Source: Candidatus Methylomirabilota bacterium
GTDB lineage: Bacteria; Methylomirabilota; Methylomirabilia; Methylomirabilales; 2-02-FULL-66-22
Direction: 5' to 3'
DNA length: 52,224 bases
NCBI GenBank assembly: GCA_026387775.1
Contig: JAPLLC010000092.1
Coordinates: 1-52,224, forward strand
This document shows, one piece after another, positions 17,935 through 27,059 of the stretch. The notes below the pieces were generated by a model. It saw only the letters and a program-made list of their open reading frames with translations, was not told where the DNA came from and did not search any database. Numbering within the stretch: position 1 is the first letter of the stretch; each line of letters starts with the position of its first letter. The position numbers and the translations under genes are program-made.

Positions 17935-18567
17935 ATGCTGCGAGAGGATGCGTACGCTCGTCTGAAACAGAGTCTCTTCACCAGCGCGCTCAAGCCGGGC
18001 CAGCTCGTGTCACAGAAAGAACTCGCAGAGCTGATCGACTGCCCCCTCGGCCCCACACGCGAAGCCATCCAGCGGCTGGCCGCCGAATCCCTGCTGCGCG
18101 TCGTCCCCCAGCGGGGCATCGTGATCAACGACATCACCCTCGAATTCATCCGCGAGGTGTTCCAACTGCGCAGCATAATCGAGCGGGAAGCGGCGCGCGC
18201 CTTCTTCGAGAAGGCGCCCCGCAGCGAGATCGCCGGTCTGAAGGCTGAGCACCAGACCATCCTTGGCCAAGCACAGAAGGGGATCTCCAAGCCGCTCCTC
18301 ACCGATGCGCTCCACCTCGACTGGCGCTTTCACGACACGATCGTGGCCGCGCTGCACAACGCGCTGGTCGCGGAGATCTACCGCGTCAACAGCGATCGCC
18401 TCCGCCTCATCCAGTCCAAGCGCGGCTACGTGGCCGATCGCCTGCTGTCCGCCATGCACGAGCACATCGCCATCCTCGACGCCGGTGTGGCAAAGGGCCC
18501 CGAGGGCGCTACCGCCGCGATGGACCGCCACCTCGCCGAATCCCGCCGCTGGGCGCTCCACGTCTGA
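17935..18567 (+). CDS. GntR family transcriptional regulator with FCD domain
   Basis: LKPGQLVSQKELA..PTREA.QRL winged HTH, plus FH, N..L, EH.AI and M.RHL FCD features. Confidence 0.92.
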   Translation: MLREDAYARLKQSLFTSALKPGQLVSQKELAELIDCPLGPTREAIQRLAAESLLRVVPQRGIVINDITLEFIREVFQLRSIIEREAARAFFEKAPRSEIAGLKAEHQTILGQAQKGISKPLLTDALHLDWRFHDTIVAALHNALVAEIYRVNSDRLRLIQSKRGYVADRLLSAMHEHIAILDAGVAKGPEGATAAMDRHLAESRRWALHV

Positions 18568-18595
18568 CCGCCGCCGGCACGCCTCTGAATCAGAA

Positions 18596-19720
18596 TCAGA
18601 GCGACACCCAGCGGCGCTCGCGGACGGCCGTCTCGACGCCGTCCACCACCTTCTGTGCCTCCGCGCCGTCGTGAAACGTCGGGTAGTCCTGCGTCTCGCC
18701 GCGGATCGCCCCGAGAAAAGCCACCTCCTGGTCCCACTTGTAGCCCAAGAATGGATCGTCCATGCGAGGATTCCGGGGCGATCCGGGGTACTTGGCCAGG
18801 TCGAACGGGACCTCGGCCCGGGCCCACTGCTGCGTCCGCGTCATGGCCGGGCCGAGGCTGATCTGGAGTTCGAAGGGATGGATCAGCTCGTAGATCGCCG
18901 CGCCCCCGCTGCCGTGGATCTCCACACTCTGATAGTTCGCCCGACCGCTTCCGCCCCGGCCGGCCACGGCTCGGTTGAGGTCGAACGTCCCGATGGCCCC
19001 GTTGACAAACTCGGCGGCAAACACGCAGGCGTCCTCGGCGTCCACCGGCACCCGCCCGCCGCCAGCGGGATCGGGCCGCTCACGGACGTACAGCCGGTTC
19101 GCGCCGCTCACCGCCGCGATGTCTCCCAGGAGGTAGCGGGCAGAGTCGATCCCATGGGAGCCCATGTCCGCCAGGACCCCCGCCCCCGCCCGCTTGCGGT
19201 CGTTCCGCCAGACCATCGGCGTGGCCGGGTCCAGCATCAGGTCCGTGAGGTGAGAGAGCCGCCAGTGACGGATCTCGCCGAAGTGCCCCTCGCCCACGAG
19301 GCGCTTCAAATAGCGCAGTGCGGGGACGAAGCGGAAGGTGAAGGCCACCATGCACACCATCCCACCCCGCTCCGCGGCGAGCTCCAGCTCCCGCGCCTCG
19401 GCGTACTGGAGCCCCAGCGGCTTCTCGCAGAGGATGTGCTTCTTGGCCGCGACGGCCGCCCGGGCCACCGTCGCGGTGAGCCCGCTCGGCGGGCAGATCA
19501 CCACCGCCTCCACCTCCGGATCGGCGAGCAATCCTTGCCAGTCGTTATGAACCCGGGGGATGCCCCACTCTCCGGCAAACGCCCTTGCCCTCTCCTCGCG
19601 GCGGGAGGCGACCGCCACCACCTCGCAGATCTCCGAGCACAGCTTCAGGGAAGGGAGGTGCACCAGACCGGCGATGCGTCCCGCCCCGATGATCCCGACC
19701 CGGATCTTCGCGCGTCTCAT
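18596..19720 (-). CDS. Gfo/Idh/MocA family oxidoreductase
   Basis: GIIGAG, HILCEKP and GVLADMGSH motifs. Confidence 0.92.
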   Translation of the reverse strand: MRRAKIRVGIIGAGRIAGLVHLPSLKLCSEICEVVAVASRREERARAFAGEWGIPRVHNDWQGLLADPEVEAVVICPPSGLTATVARAAVAAKKHILCEKPLGLQYAEARELELAAERGGMVCMVAFTFRFVPALRYLKRLVGEGHFGEIRHWRLSHLTDLMLDPATPMVWRNDRKRAGAGVLADMGSHGIDSARYLLGDIAAVSGANRLYVRERPDPAGGGRVPVDAEDACVFAAEFVNGAIGTFDLNRAVAGRGGSGRANYQSVEIHGSGGAAIYELIHPFELQISLGPAMTRTQQWARAEVPFDLAKYPGSPRNPRMDDPFLGYKWDQEVAFLGAIRGETQDYPTFHDGAEAQKVVDGVETAVRERRWVSL

Positions 19721-19724
19721 CGAG

Positions 19725-20676
19725 CTACCTCCCGCCCCCTTGGGCGATCAACCGTTCCACCTCGTCGCGGCTGGGCAGGGAGGGCTGCGCCCCGGCGCGC
19801 GTCACGGCCATCGCCCCGCACCCATTCGCAAATCGCACCGCCTCGCGGAGCCCGAGCCCCTCGAGCAGGGCCGCCGCGAGGCCGCCCACGAAGGCGTCCC
19901 CCGCCGCCGTGGTGTCCACCGCCGACACCGGAAAGCTCGGGACGTGGTGGGCGCCGTCCTGGTCCACGATCAGGGACCCCTCGCCGCCGAGCGTCAGGAT
20001 GATGGTCCGGGGACCGAGCCGCCGGAGCCGCCGACCGACCTCGTCCCAGTCGGTCACCGCCTCCGGGTCCGCCCCGGCGAAGAGCGCCGCCTCCACCTGG
20101 TTGGGGACGAACAGGTCCACGTCCCCGAAGCACGCCTCGTCCCCCGACCGGTGCGGCGCGGGATTCAGGATGACCCGGGCCCCGGCCCGCTTGGCCGCCC
20201 GGACGGCCCGCGCGATGACCGGCGGCGGCGCCTCCAGGTTCAGGACCAGCAGTCGGCAGCCCGCCACCGCACGCTCCGCCTCCGCCACCGCAGCCTCCTC
20301 CCAGGCCAGGTTCGCCCCGGGCGCCACCACGATGGCATTCTGCCCGTCGGCGGCGACGGAGATCAATGCCACGCCGGTCGCGGCGGACACGCGCCGCACG
20401 CCGGTCGTCTCGACCCCCGCCGCCTCCAGCGTCCCGAGCAGCTCGTCGCCGAACGCGTCCGCTCCCACCTGCCCGACCATCGCCACGGAGGCACCCAGCC
20501 GGCTGGCGGCCACCGCCTGGTTCGACCCCTTGCCGCCGGGGAACCTGGTCACCGCTCCGCCATGGACCGTCTCTCCGGGGCGGGGAATGTGGGGAACCTG
20601 CACCACCAGGGGGAATGTGGGGAACCTGCACCACCAGATCCATGTTGATCCCGCCGATCACGCAGATGTCACGCAT
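19725..20676 (-). pseudogene. rbsK: Ribokinase, frameshifted near the 5' end by a 28-bp tandem duplication
   Basis: N-terminus MRDICVIGGINMDLVVQVPHIP (ATG 20676) is in one frame; RPGETV, GGKGSNQA and DTTAAGDAF are in another. Removing one repeat copy gives a 307-aa ORF. Confidence 0.8.
20582..20637. repeat. Perfect 28-bp tandem duplication
   Basis: GGGGAATGTGGGGAACCTGCACCACCAG x2 (20582-20609 and 20610-20637). Confidence 0.95.
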
Positions 20677-20682
20677 CTTCCC

Positions 20683-20714
20683 CTCTTCTCCTCTGCCCCT
20701 CTGCTCCTCTGCTC
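20683..20714. repeat. Four imperfect 8-bp tandem repeats in the rbsK leader
   Basis: CTCTTCTC CTCTGCCC CTCTGCTC CTCTGCTC. Confidence 0.7.
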
Positions 20715-20873
20715 CGATCGCTGTCTCTGTCGTTTTTTCATACCACACCCCTTCCCGCATCGCAATCCGGCTCGCGGTCCGGTACGGAAAACCCTTTGAC
20801 AGGCCTGTCGGTCAGCATCTAGATTGAGGCGCGACCTGAGTAGTATATGGCCTCTCAACCGGAGGATCCTGCG

Positions 20874-22406
20874 ATGCGCATCTGCACCCGCCGCACCTTC
20901 CTGACACTGCTCGCCGCGAGCTTGCTGCTCCTGACGTCCCTCCCATCGCTCCACGCCGCGGCGCCGGCAGAGCGCTCGGCTCGCATCACGATCCTGCAGC
21001 TCAACGACCTCTACGACATCCTGCCGGTCGAGAAGGGAAAGAAGGGGGGCTTGTCCCGGATCGCCACGCTGCGCGACCGCATCGCCGGGGAATCGCCGTC
21101 TGCCCTGCTCGTCCTGGCAGGCGACTTCCTCTCCCCGTCCACCATGTCCAGCATGTTTCAAGGCCGCCAGATGGTGGCCACCCTCAATGCCGCCGGCGTC
21201 GACCTGGTCACCTTCGGCAATCACGAGTTCGACTTCGGCCCGGAGATCACCCGCCAACGAATGCAGGAGTCCCGCTTCACCTGGGTCTCCAGCAACGTGC
21301 TGGACCCCGCCACGGGTCTCCCCTTCGCCGACGCCGTCTCCTTCGTCCTGCGGGATTTCGACGGCATCCGCGTGGCCTTCATCGGGCTCACGACGCCCGA
21401 GACTCAGACCCTGTCGAAAGGCGGCAGGAGCCTGAAGTTCCTCGACCCCATCCTGGCCGCGAAGGCGGTCGTGGCCCACGCGAAGCGGGCCAAGGCCGAT
21501 CTCGTCGTCGCCCTGACCCACCAGGCCATGGCGGACGACAAAGCCCTCGCCGCCGCGGTCCCGGAGATCGACCTGATCCTCGGCGGGCACGAGCACGATC
21601 CGCTGGACGCCAAGGTGGGAAAGACGCTCATCCTCAAGACCGGCTCCGAGGCGGTCGCCCTCGGCCGCATCGATCTTCTGGCCAGCGTCGGCAAGGGCGG
21701 CCGTCGGGTCGAGACGAAGTGGGAGCTGATCGCCGTCACGGATGAGATCCCCGAGAAGCCCGAAGTGGCGGCCCTGGTCAAGCGATACGAGGGGCTCACG
21801 GCGGCCCAGCTCAATCTGGTGGCGGGTGCGACCTCCGTCCCGCTCGACACGCGGAACGAGATCGTCCGGGTGCGAGAGTCTCCGGTGGGGAACCTGATCG
21901 CCGATCTCTTGCGCGAGGCGGTGCAGGCGGACATCGCGCTGGTGAACGGCGGAGGCATCCGGGGGAACGCGGTCACGCCGGCAGGCTCTCTCACCCGAGG
22001 CGATGTCCTGAGAATCCTCCCGTTCGCCAACAAGATCGTGAAACTCGACGTGACCGGCGCGACGCTCCGGGCGGCCCTGGAGAATGGCCGGAGCCAGATC
22101 GAGACCACCGCCGGCCGCTTTCCCCAGGTCTCGGGCCTCCGCTTCACGTTCGACCCGAAGAAGCCGGCGGGATACCGGCTCGTCGCCGTCACGGTGGGCG
22201 ATCGGCCGCTCGACCCCGCCGCCCGCTACACGCTGGCAACCTTCGAGTTTCTACTGGGAGGCGGCGACGGGTACGCCATGCTGAAGGAGGGCAAGGTGCT
22301 GGTGAATGCCCAGAGCGGCCCCATGGACTCGGACCTCGTCCTGGAGCGCCTGAAGGCCGGCCCTATTTCGCCCGCGACCGACGGCCGCATCCAGGTGGCG
22401 CCATGA
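20874..22406 (+). CDS. Bifunctional metallophosphatase / 5'-nucleotidase, predicted Tat-exported
   Basis: TRRTFL twin-arginine-like signal, NDLY, AGDFLSPS, GNHEFDFG, GGHEH, NGGGIR, FPQVSG and GGGDGY motifs. Upstream TTGACA-N18-TAGATT at 20796-20825. Confidence 0.92.
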   Translation: MRICTRRTFLTLLAASLLLLTSLPSLHAAAPAERSARITILQLNDLYDILPVEKGKKGGLSRIATLRDRIAGESPSALLVLAGDFLSPSTMSSMFQGRQMVATLNAAGVDLVTFGNHEFDFGPEITRQRMQESRFTWVSSNVLDPATGLPFADAVSFVLRDFDGIRVAFIGLTTPETQTLSKGGRSLKFLDPILAAKAVVAHAKRAKADLVVALTHQAMADDKALAAAVPEIDLILGGHEHDPLDAKVGKTLILKTGSEAVALGRIDLLASVGKGGRRVETKWELIAVTDEIPEKPEVAALVKRYEGLTAAQLNLVAGATSVPLDTRNEIVRVRESPVGNLIADLLREAVQADIALVNGGGIRGNAVTPAGSLTRGDVLRILPFANKIVKLDVTGATLRAALENGRSQIETTAGRFPQVSGLRFTFDPKKPAGYRLVAVTVGDRPLDPAARYTLATFEFLLGGGDGYAMLKEGKVLVNAQSGPMDSDLVLERLKAGPISPATDGRIQVAP

Positions 22407-23443
22407 CGAGCCTCTCGGACGCTCCCAAGAAGGTGCGGGAGGTCTACCGGGGCCGGGTGGTGAGGCTGGATGTGGAGACCGTGACGCTCCCCAACGGCGC
22501 CACGGTGGAGCTGGAGATCATCCGACACCAGGGCGCCGCCGCGGTCGTCCCCTTGAAGGACGACGACACCGTGTTCCTCATCCGGCAGTACCGGCACGCC
22601 ACCGGCGGGTACATCTACGAGATCCCCGCCGGAAAGCTCGACCCGGGGGAGGAGCCGCGCCACTGCGCGGCTCGCGAACTGGAGGAGGAGATCGGCTATC
22701 GCGCCTCGTCCCTCACCCACCTCCTCACCTTCTTCACCACCCCGGGGTTCACCGATGAGGTGATCCACATCTTCCTGGCCACCGGGCTTCTCCCCGGCAC
22801 GCAGCACCTCGAACAGGACGAGGTGCTGGAGGTGGTCGAGATGTCGCTCGACGCGGCCCTCGCAAAGATCAACGACGGCACCATCCGGGACGGCAAGACC
22901 ATCGTCGGTCTGCAGGCCGCCTATCTGCGTCGCACGCCGCCGGCAGGCTCGCTGACGGCGCCGGCCATTCGCACCCTGGAGCCGACCGATCGGGACGCGG
23001 CCCTCGCGGCGATCAACACCGCCGCGCGCTGGTACCGAGAGTTCCTGCCGGCAGGCGAGTACCACGACCCCGAGATGTCGGCGGCGCAGTGGGAGGCCGA
23101 GGCACGGCGGCTGACCTGGTACGGGGCTTACGTGGAGGGGCGCCTGGTCGGCGTGATGGGGCTGGAGTACGTCCAGGACGCCGCCCTCCTGCGGCACGCT
23201 TACATCCTGCCCGAGTCGCAGCGCCAGGGGATCGGGTCCACGCTGCGCGAGCACCTGGAGTCGCGGGTTCAGGGAGTCTCGCGGATCATCGTGGGAACCT
23301 ACGCGGGAAACTACAAGGCCCGAAGAAGTTTGGAGAAGGCTGGATACACGCAGTCGGCCGATTCCGAAGCCATCCTGCGCGCCTATTACAATATCCCCGA
23401 GGACCGGCTGCGGACCTCAGTCGCGTACGAGAAGCCTCTCTAG
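22403..23443 (+). CDS. NUDIX hydrolase (ADP-ribose pyrophosphatase-like) fused to a GNAT acetyltransferase
   Basis: IRQYR, EIPAGKLDPGE...AARELEEEIG Nudix box, TPGFTDE and DGKT motifs. C-terminal LRHAYILPESQRQGIGS acetyl-CoA-binding motif. Confidence 0.88.
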   Translation: MTSLSDAPKKVREVYRGRVVRLDVETVTLPNGATVELEIIRHQGAAAVVPLKDDDTVFLIRQYRHATGGYIYEIPAGKLDPGEEPRHCAARELEEEIGYRASSLTHLLTFFTTPGFTDEVIHIFLATGLLPGTQHLEQDEVLEVVEMSLDAALAKINDGTIRDGKTIVGLQAAYLRRTPPAGSLTAPAIRTLEPTDRDAALAAINTAARWYREFLPAGEYHDPEMSAAQWEAEARRLTWYGAYVEGRLVGVMGLEYVQDAALLRHAYILPESQRQGIGSTLREHLESRVQGVSRIIVGTYAGNYKARRSLEKAGYTQSADSEAILRAYYNIPEDRLRTSVAYEKPL

Positions 23444-23487
23444 CCCCGCCGTTGTTGGTCATGGCTACAGAAACGTTCGGAGAAAAG

Positions 23488-23521
23488 CAAAGCGCCGATC
23501 GGGCTTCCGATCGGCCCTTTG
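23488..23521. terminator. Probable bidirectional intrinsic terminator
   Basis: CAAAGCGCCGATCGG-GCTT-CCGATCGGCCCTTTG hairpin with A/T-rich flanks, between convergent genes. Confidence 0.65.
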
Positions 23522-23559
23522 TTGTCTTTCGTTCGCGAGCGCTTGTCCGCTTCCCTACC

Positions 23560-24999
23560 CTACCGCGGGGAGCCTGAGCGTCCGCCGAACGCTGGACGGC
23601 TCGCCCCCTCGCGCCGGAACCCTCCCGCGGCGGGCCGACTCGTGCTCTGCCGCAGCCAGGCCAGTCCCGCCCCCTCGCGTTTCGGGCCGGCGGAACGCGT
23701 CGGCTGCGCGCCCCGAGGGGCCCACGTCGGTTTCCCGTCGGCCGAACGCGACGGGACTCCCTGCGCGCCGCGCCGTTCGGCGTTGACCTTCGCCCGGCTG
23801 CGCTCGTCCGACTTCCGCGCCCGGATGGCGGCGATGCGCTCGGCGATCGGAATCTCCAGCCGCTCGGCGGGCCGCTTCGCGTAGTCGAACCCGGTAAGCG
23901 TCTCGCGCGGCAGGCGCTTCCCGATGTGCCGTTCGATGGCGCGCAGCTCGCCCTCCTCCTCCGGAGAGACGAAGGTGTAGGCATCGCCCGTGGCCTCGGC
24001 CCGGGCCGTGCGCCCGACCCGGTGGATGTAATCCTCGGGCAGATGGGGGACATCGAAGTTCACGACGAGACCCAGCGCCTCCACATCAATGCCCCGCGCC
24101 GCGATGTCCGTGGCGACCAGGACTTGGAAGCGGCCTTTCTTGAAGCCGAGGAGCGCCTCTGTCCGCTGCGCCTGGCTGCGATTGCCGTGGATGCGGGCGC
24201 AGGCGACGCCGCGCCGCTCCAGGAAGTCGGCCAGCCGGTTGGCCCGATGTTTGGTCCGCGTGAAGGCCAGGACGGTCTTCGGCGAGCCCTTCTGCAAGAG
24301 CTCCACCAGCAGGTGCGATTTCAGGTCGTGGGAGACCGGGTACACCGTGTGGGTCACCCCGATTGCCGGCGCGGACTTGCGCTCGATGTTCAGGGCGACG
24401 GGGTTCTTCAGCATGACGTTGGCCAGGTCCACGATGGGAGCCGGCAGCGTCGCCGAGAAGAGGAGCGTCCGGCGCTCCTTGGGCAGCCGCTGGAGGATAC
24501 GGCGGACGTCCGGCAGGAAGCCCATGTCGAGCATACGATCCGCCTCGTCCAGCACCAGATACTCGACCCCGTTGAGCCGCGCGTAGGGGTACTGGAGGTG
24601 GTCCAGGAGCCGGCCGGGGGTCGCGACGAGCACATCCACACCCTTCCGGAATGCTTGCTCCTGCGGTCCCATGGCAACGCCTCCGTAGATCGCCGCCCCC
24701 GTGATGCCGGTCTGCCCGGCGAGCTCGCGCAGGTGCTCCGTGATCTGGGCCGCCAGCTCCCGAGTGGGGGCCACGACCAGCGCTCGAATTGTCCCCCGGC
24801 GCTTGCCCATCAAATCGTGGAGGATCGGCAGGAGGAACGCGGCGGTCTTCCCGCTGCCCGTCATGGCGGTGGCCAGGACGTCCCGACCCTGCATCAGGGG
24901 CGGGATCGCCGCCTGCTGGATCGGCGTGGGATGCTCGAATCCCATCCGCTGGGTGGCCTTCAACAGTTCTGCATTGAGTCCGAGTTCTACAAACGACAT
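23560..24999 (-). CDS. DEAD-box RNA helicase (RhlE-like)
   Basis: Q motif, TGSGKT, PTRELA, DEAD, SAT, ARGID and HRVGRTAR motifs with a basic C-terminal tail. GGGAG RBS before ATG 24999. Confidence 0.96.
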   Translation of the reverse strand: MSFVELGLNAELLKATQRMGFEHPTPIQQAAIPPLMQGRDVLATAMTGSGKTAAFLLPILHDLMGKRRGTIRALVVAPTRELAAQITEHLRELAGQTGITGAAIYGGVAMGPQEQAFRKGVDVLVATPGRLLDHLQYPYARLNGVEYLVLDEADRMLDMGFLPDVRRILQRLPKERRTLLFSATLPAPIVDLANVMLKNPVALNIERKSAPAIGVTHTVYPVSHDLKSHLLVELLQKGSPKTVLAFTRTKHRANRLADFLERRGVACARIHGNRSQAQRTEALLGFKKGRFQVLVATDIAARGIDVEALGLVVNFDVPHLPEDYIHRVGRTARAEATGDAYTFVSPEEEGELRAIERHIGKRLPRETLTGFDYAKRPAERLEIPIAERIAAIRARKSDERSRAKVNAERRGAQGVPSRSADGKPTWAPRGAQPTRSAGPKREGAGLAWLRQSTSRPAAGGFRREGASRPAFGGRSGSPR

Positions 25000-25419
25000 G
25001 CGTCTCCCTGTGCTTTCTGCAGACACACCACGACCGCACATGGGTCTGGGGTGACCGCATTTGTTTCCGGCTTGATTTATTGAATGGGGGGGTAACGGTG
25101 GGATCGCCGGAGAGACCGCCGTTCAGGCTCTTAAGCCCTGCCCTACTACGTCCCGCTTCAGGGCCTGAATTCTTCGGCATCCGTTGCGGTGAGGTGCGCA
25201 GAGTAGCACGCGAGGCTCATTTCCCCAAGGGAATTCGGGGAGACAGGCTCGCATCACCTTGGAACTCCTTGAGTTCACGCGCTTTGCTCCGGCAAATTAA
25301 CTTGTGCGGGGAGCGTCATACGGGCGGAATCCCTCCGCCGCAAAGTGGGGATCGAACGCCAGGGCGAGACAGAACGGCCCGGCCGAGGGCCGGGCCGTTC
25401 ACGACGAATGGGCGATTGC

Positions 25420-26838
25420 CTACCAGCGCATCCGCACCCGGTAGTTCACCGTGATCTTACCGTCCTTGGGAACCTTCACGACGTACTGCAGGGTGTGGGC
25501 CTCGACCTTGTTGTGGGGATGGCTGCTCTTCAGCACTTCCCAATCGCCAGGAACCGGCTCCACAATCGTGACCTCCACCTCCTCCTTCTTGTGGTTGCGC
25601 AGTTCCACGTCCCACTCGGTCTCGTACACGTTCCAGGCGATCTTCTTCCAGTCGCGCTGGGTGCGCTCGCCCACCACGTCGAAGGCCTCGCCCAGCTTGA
25701 TCTTGACCTTCTCGCCCTTCGGCGTGTGGTCGATCGTATCCTCGCCGACGAACTGCAGGCTCTTGTCGGCCGCCGCCTTGTACACCCGCACCGTCCCCTT
25801 GGGGAGCGGGAGACCGAGACGCTGCTGCTCGGTGTTGGCGATCTCCAGGAACACCCCCGCCTTCTGGTTCGAGAGCGGCGTGCCGAGCTGGCTTCTGTAG
25901 TACTGGCTGGCGCCGTAGAAGCGCAGCTCCTTCCGGATCGGGATCTCGGGCGCATCCAGCAGGCTGATCTGCTTGGTCTGGCTGTTTTTGATCGTCGTCC
26001 GCCCCTGCAGCGAATAGAGATGATACTCGAAGAACGACTCCTCCTGGAACTGCGCCGGCGCGGCGGCCCTCTTGGCGGAGGATTCCAGCGCCATCCGCAC
26101 CTCCTGCTTGGTCTGCGCCCGGTTCACATCGCCCGCCACCAGCTTCAGTGCCGCGTCCGGATAGGTCGCCCCGCTCCTGTTGTCGATCGTCACCCAGCCC
26201 GACAGATCGCCCCCGGTGTCCTTCTCGTTCAGGACCACCACGTAGTCGGCCTTCCAGGTGATCCCGGAGGTCAGATACGACGCCTCCACGCGCTGGCGAT
26301 GCGGGATGCCGCTCGCCAGCAGCCAGACCAGGGTCGGCTTCGGGATCAGATTCTCTGGCAGTTCGGGCAGGATCACCCGGCCGGGGTGCCCCAGGTGGAT
26401 CTGGCCGTTGATCTGATAGATGGGGCCGTTGTTGTTGGCGAGCAGGACGGCCTCGATCAGATTGCCGTCCCCGGTCATCAGCTTGACCTTCTTGCCCACG
26501 TACTTGTCCATCAGCTTCTGCGGATTCAACAGGTCGTACTCGTAGTTCTGCTCCAGGATCCGGACGCCCGCGGGATCGGTGAGCGACTTCAGATGCACCG
26601 AGGTGGGATCGATCTGGGAGGCCACGTCCATGAACTTCACCTCGTGCGTCCCGACCGCCAGGTGAAGTTCCCGCACATCCTTCACCAACCCCAGGTTTCC
26701 GTTGTAGATCGTGACTGCCAGATCCTTCTGCTGATCCTGCGTCACCATGCTGCGGCTGGCGACAGCCCCGGCCTCGCCCGCGACTGCCGTGGAGAGCCAC
26801 ACTAGGACGCCCAGGATAACCCCGATCATCTTCCACAT
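25420..26838 (-). CDS. Secreted DUF4139-domain protein
   Basis: Signal peptide, VTIYN, LEQNYEYDL, W.ADY, EYHLY, TKQI, LPKG.VRVY and GEDTIDHTP motifs. GGAGG RBS before ATG 26838. Confidence 0.82.
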   Translation of the reverse strand: MWKMIGVILGVLVWLSTAVAGEAGAVASRSMVTQDQQKDLAVTIYNGNLGLVKDVRELHLAVGTHEVKFMDVASQIDPTSVHLKSLTDPAGVRILEQNYEYDLLNPQKLMDKYVGKKVKLMTGDGNLIEAVLLANNNGPIYQINGQIHLGHPGRVILPELPENLIPKPTLVWLLASGIPHRQRVEASYLTSGITWKADYVVVLNEKDTGGDLSGWVTIDNRSGATYPDAALKLVAGDVNRAQTKQEVRMALESSAKRAAAPAQFQEESFFEYHLYSLQGRTTIKNSQTKQISLLDAPEIPIRKELRFYGASQYYRSQLGTPLSNQKAGVFLEIANTEQQRLGLPLPKGTVRVYKAAADKSLQFVGEDTIDHTPKGEKVKIKLGEAFDVVGERTQRDWKKIAWNVYETEWDVELRNHKKEEVEVTIVEPVPGDWEVLKSSHPHNKVEAHTLQYVVKVPKDGKITVNYRVRMRW

Positions 26839-26888
26839 CTGTCTCCCTCCTTGGCTGGGTCGAGTCGTTCCGATCCCCGTCTGCCAGA

Positions 26889-26916
26889 TGAGACCGGGCC
26901 GAGCCAAAGAAGTTCC
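26889..26916 (-). promoter_or_regulatory. ECF sigma-type promoter for the DUF4139 gene
   Basis: GGAACT-N16-GTCTCA on the minus strand, about 50 nt upstream of the start. Confidence 0.65.
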
Positions 26917-27059
26917 CAAGAAAGGAGACGTCCGAAGGGCGGAGGGCCACGCGTGAAGATCGGGGTCGTGGTAGGCGTCCGGGGGATTCGGCGGGAGTCG
27001 AGCATAACGAGACAGTCAAGCCTTCACGATGGCCGTTCCTGTCGCTATCGCTCTCCTTC

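Noticed and set aside
20582-20637. 28-bp direct repeats as a mini CRISPR array
   Set aside because: The copies are adjacent with no spacer, lie in coding sequence, and no cas genes are present.
19717-20760. 347-aa ORF as an independent protein
   Set aside because: It is the rbsK N-terminus plus frameshifted sequence caused by the 28-bp duplication.
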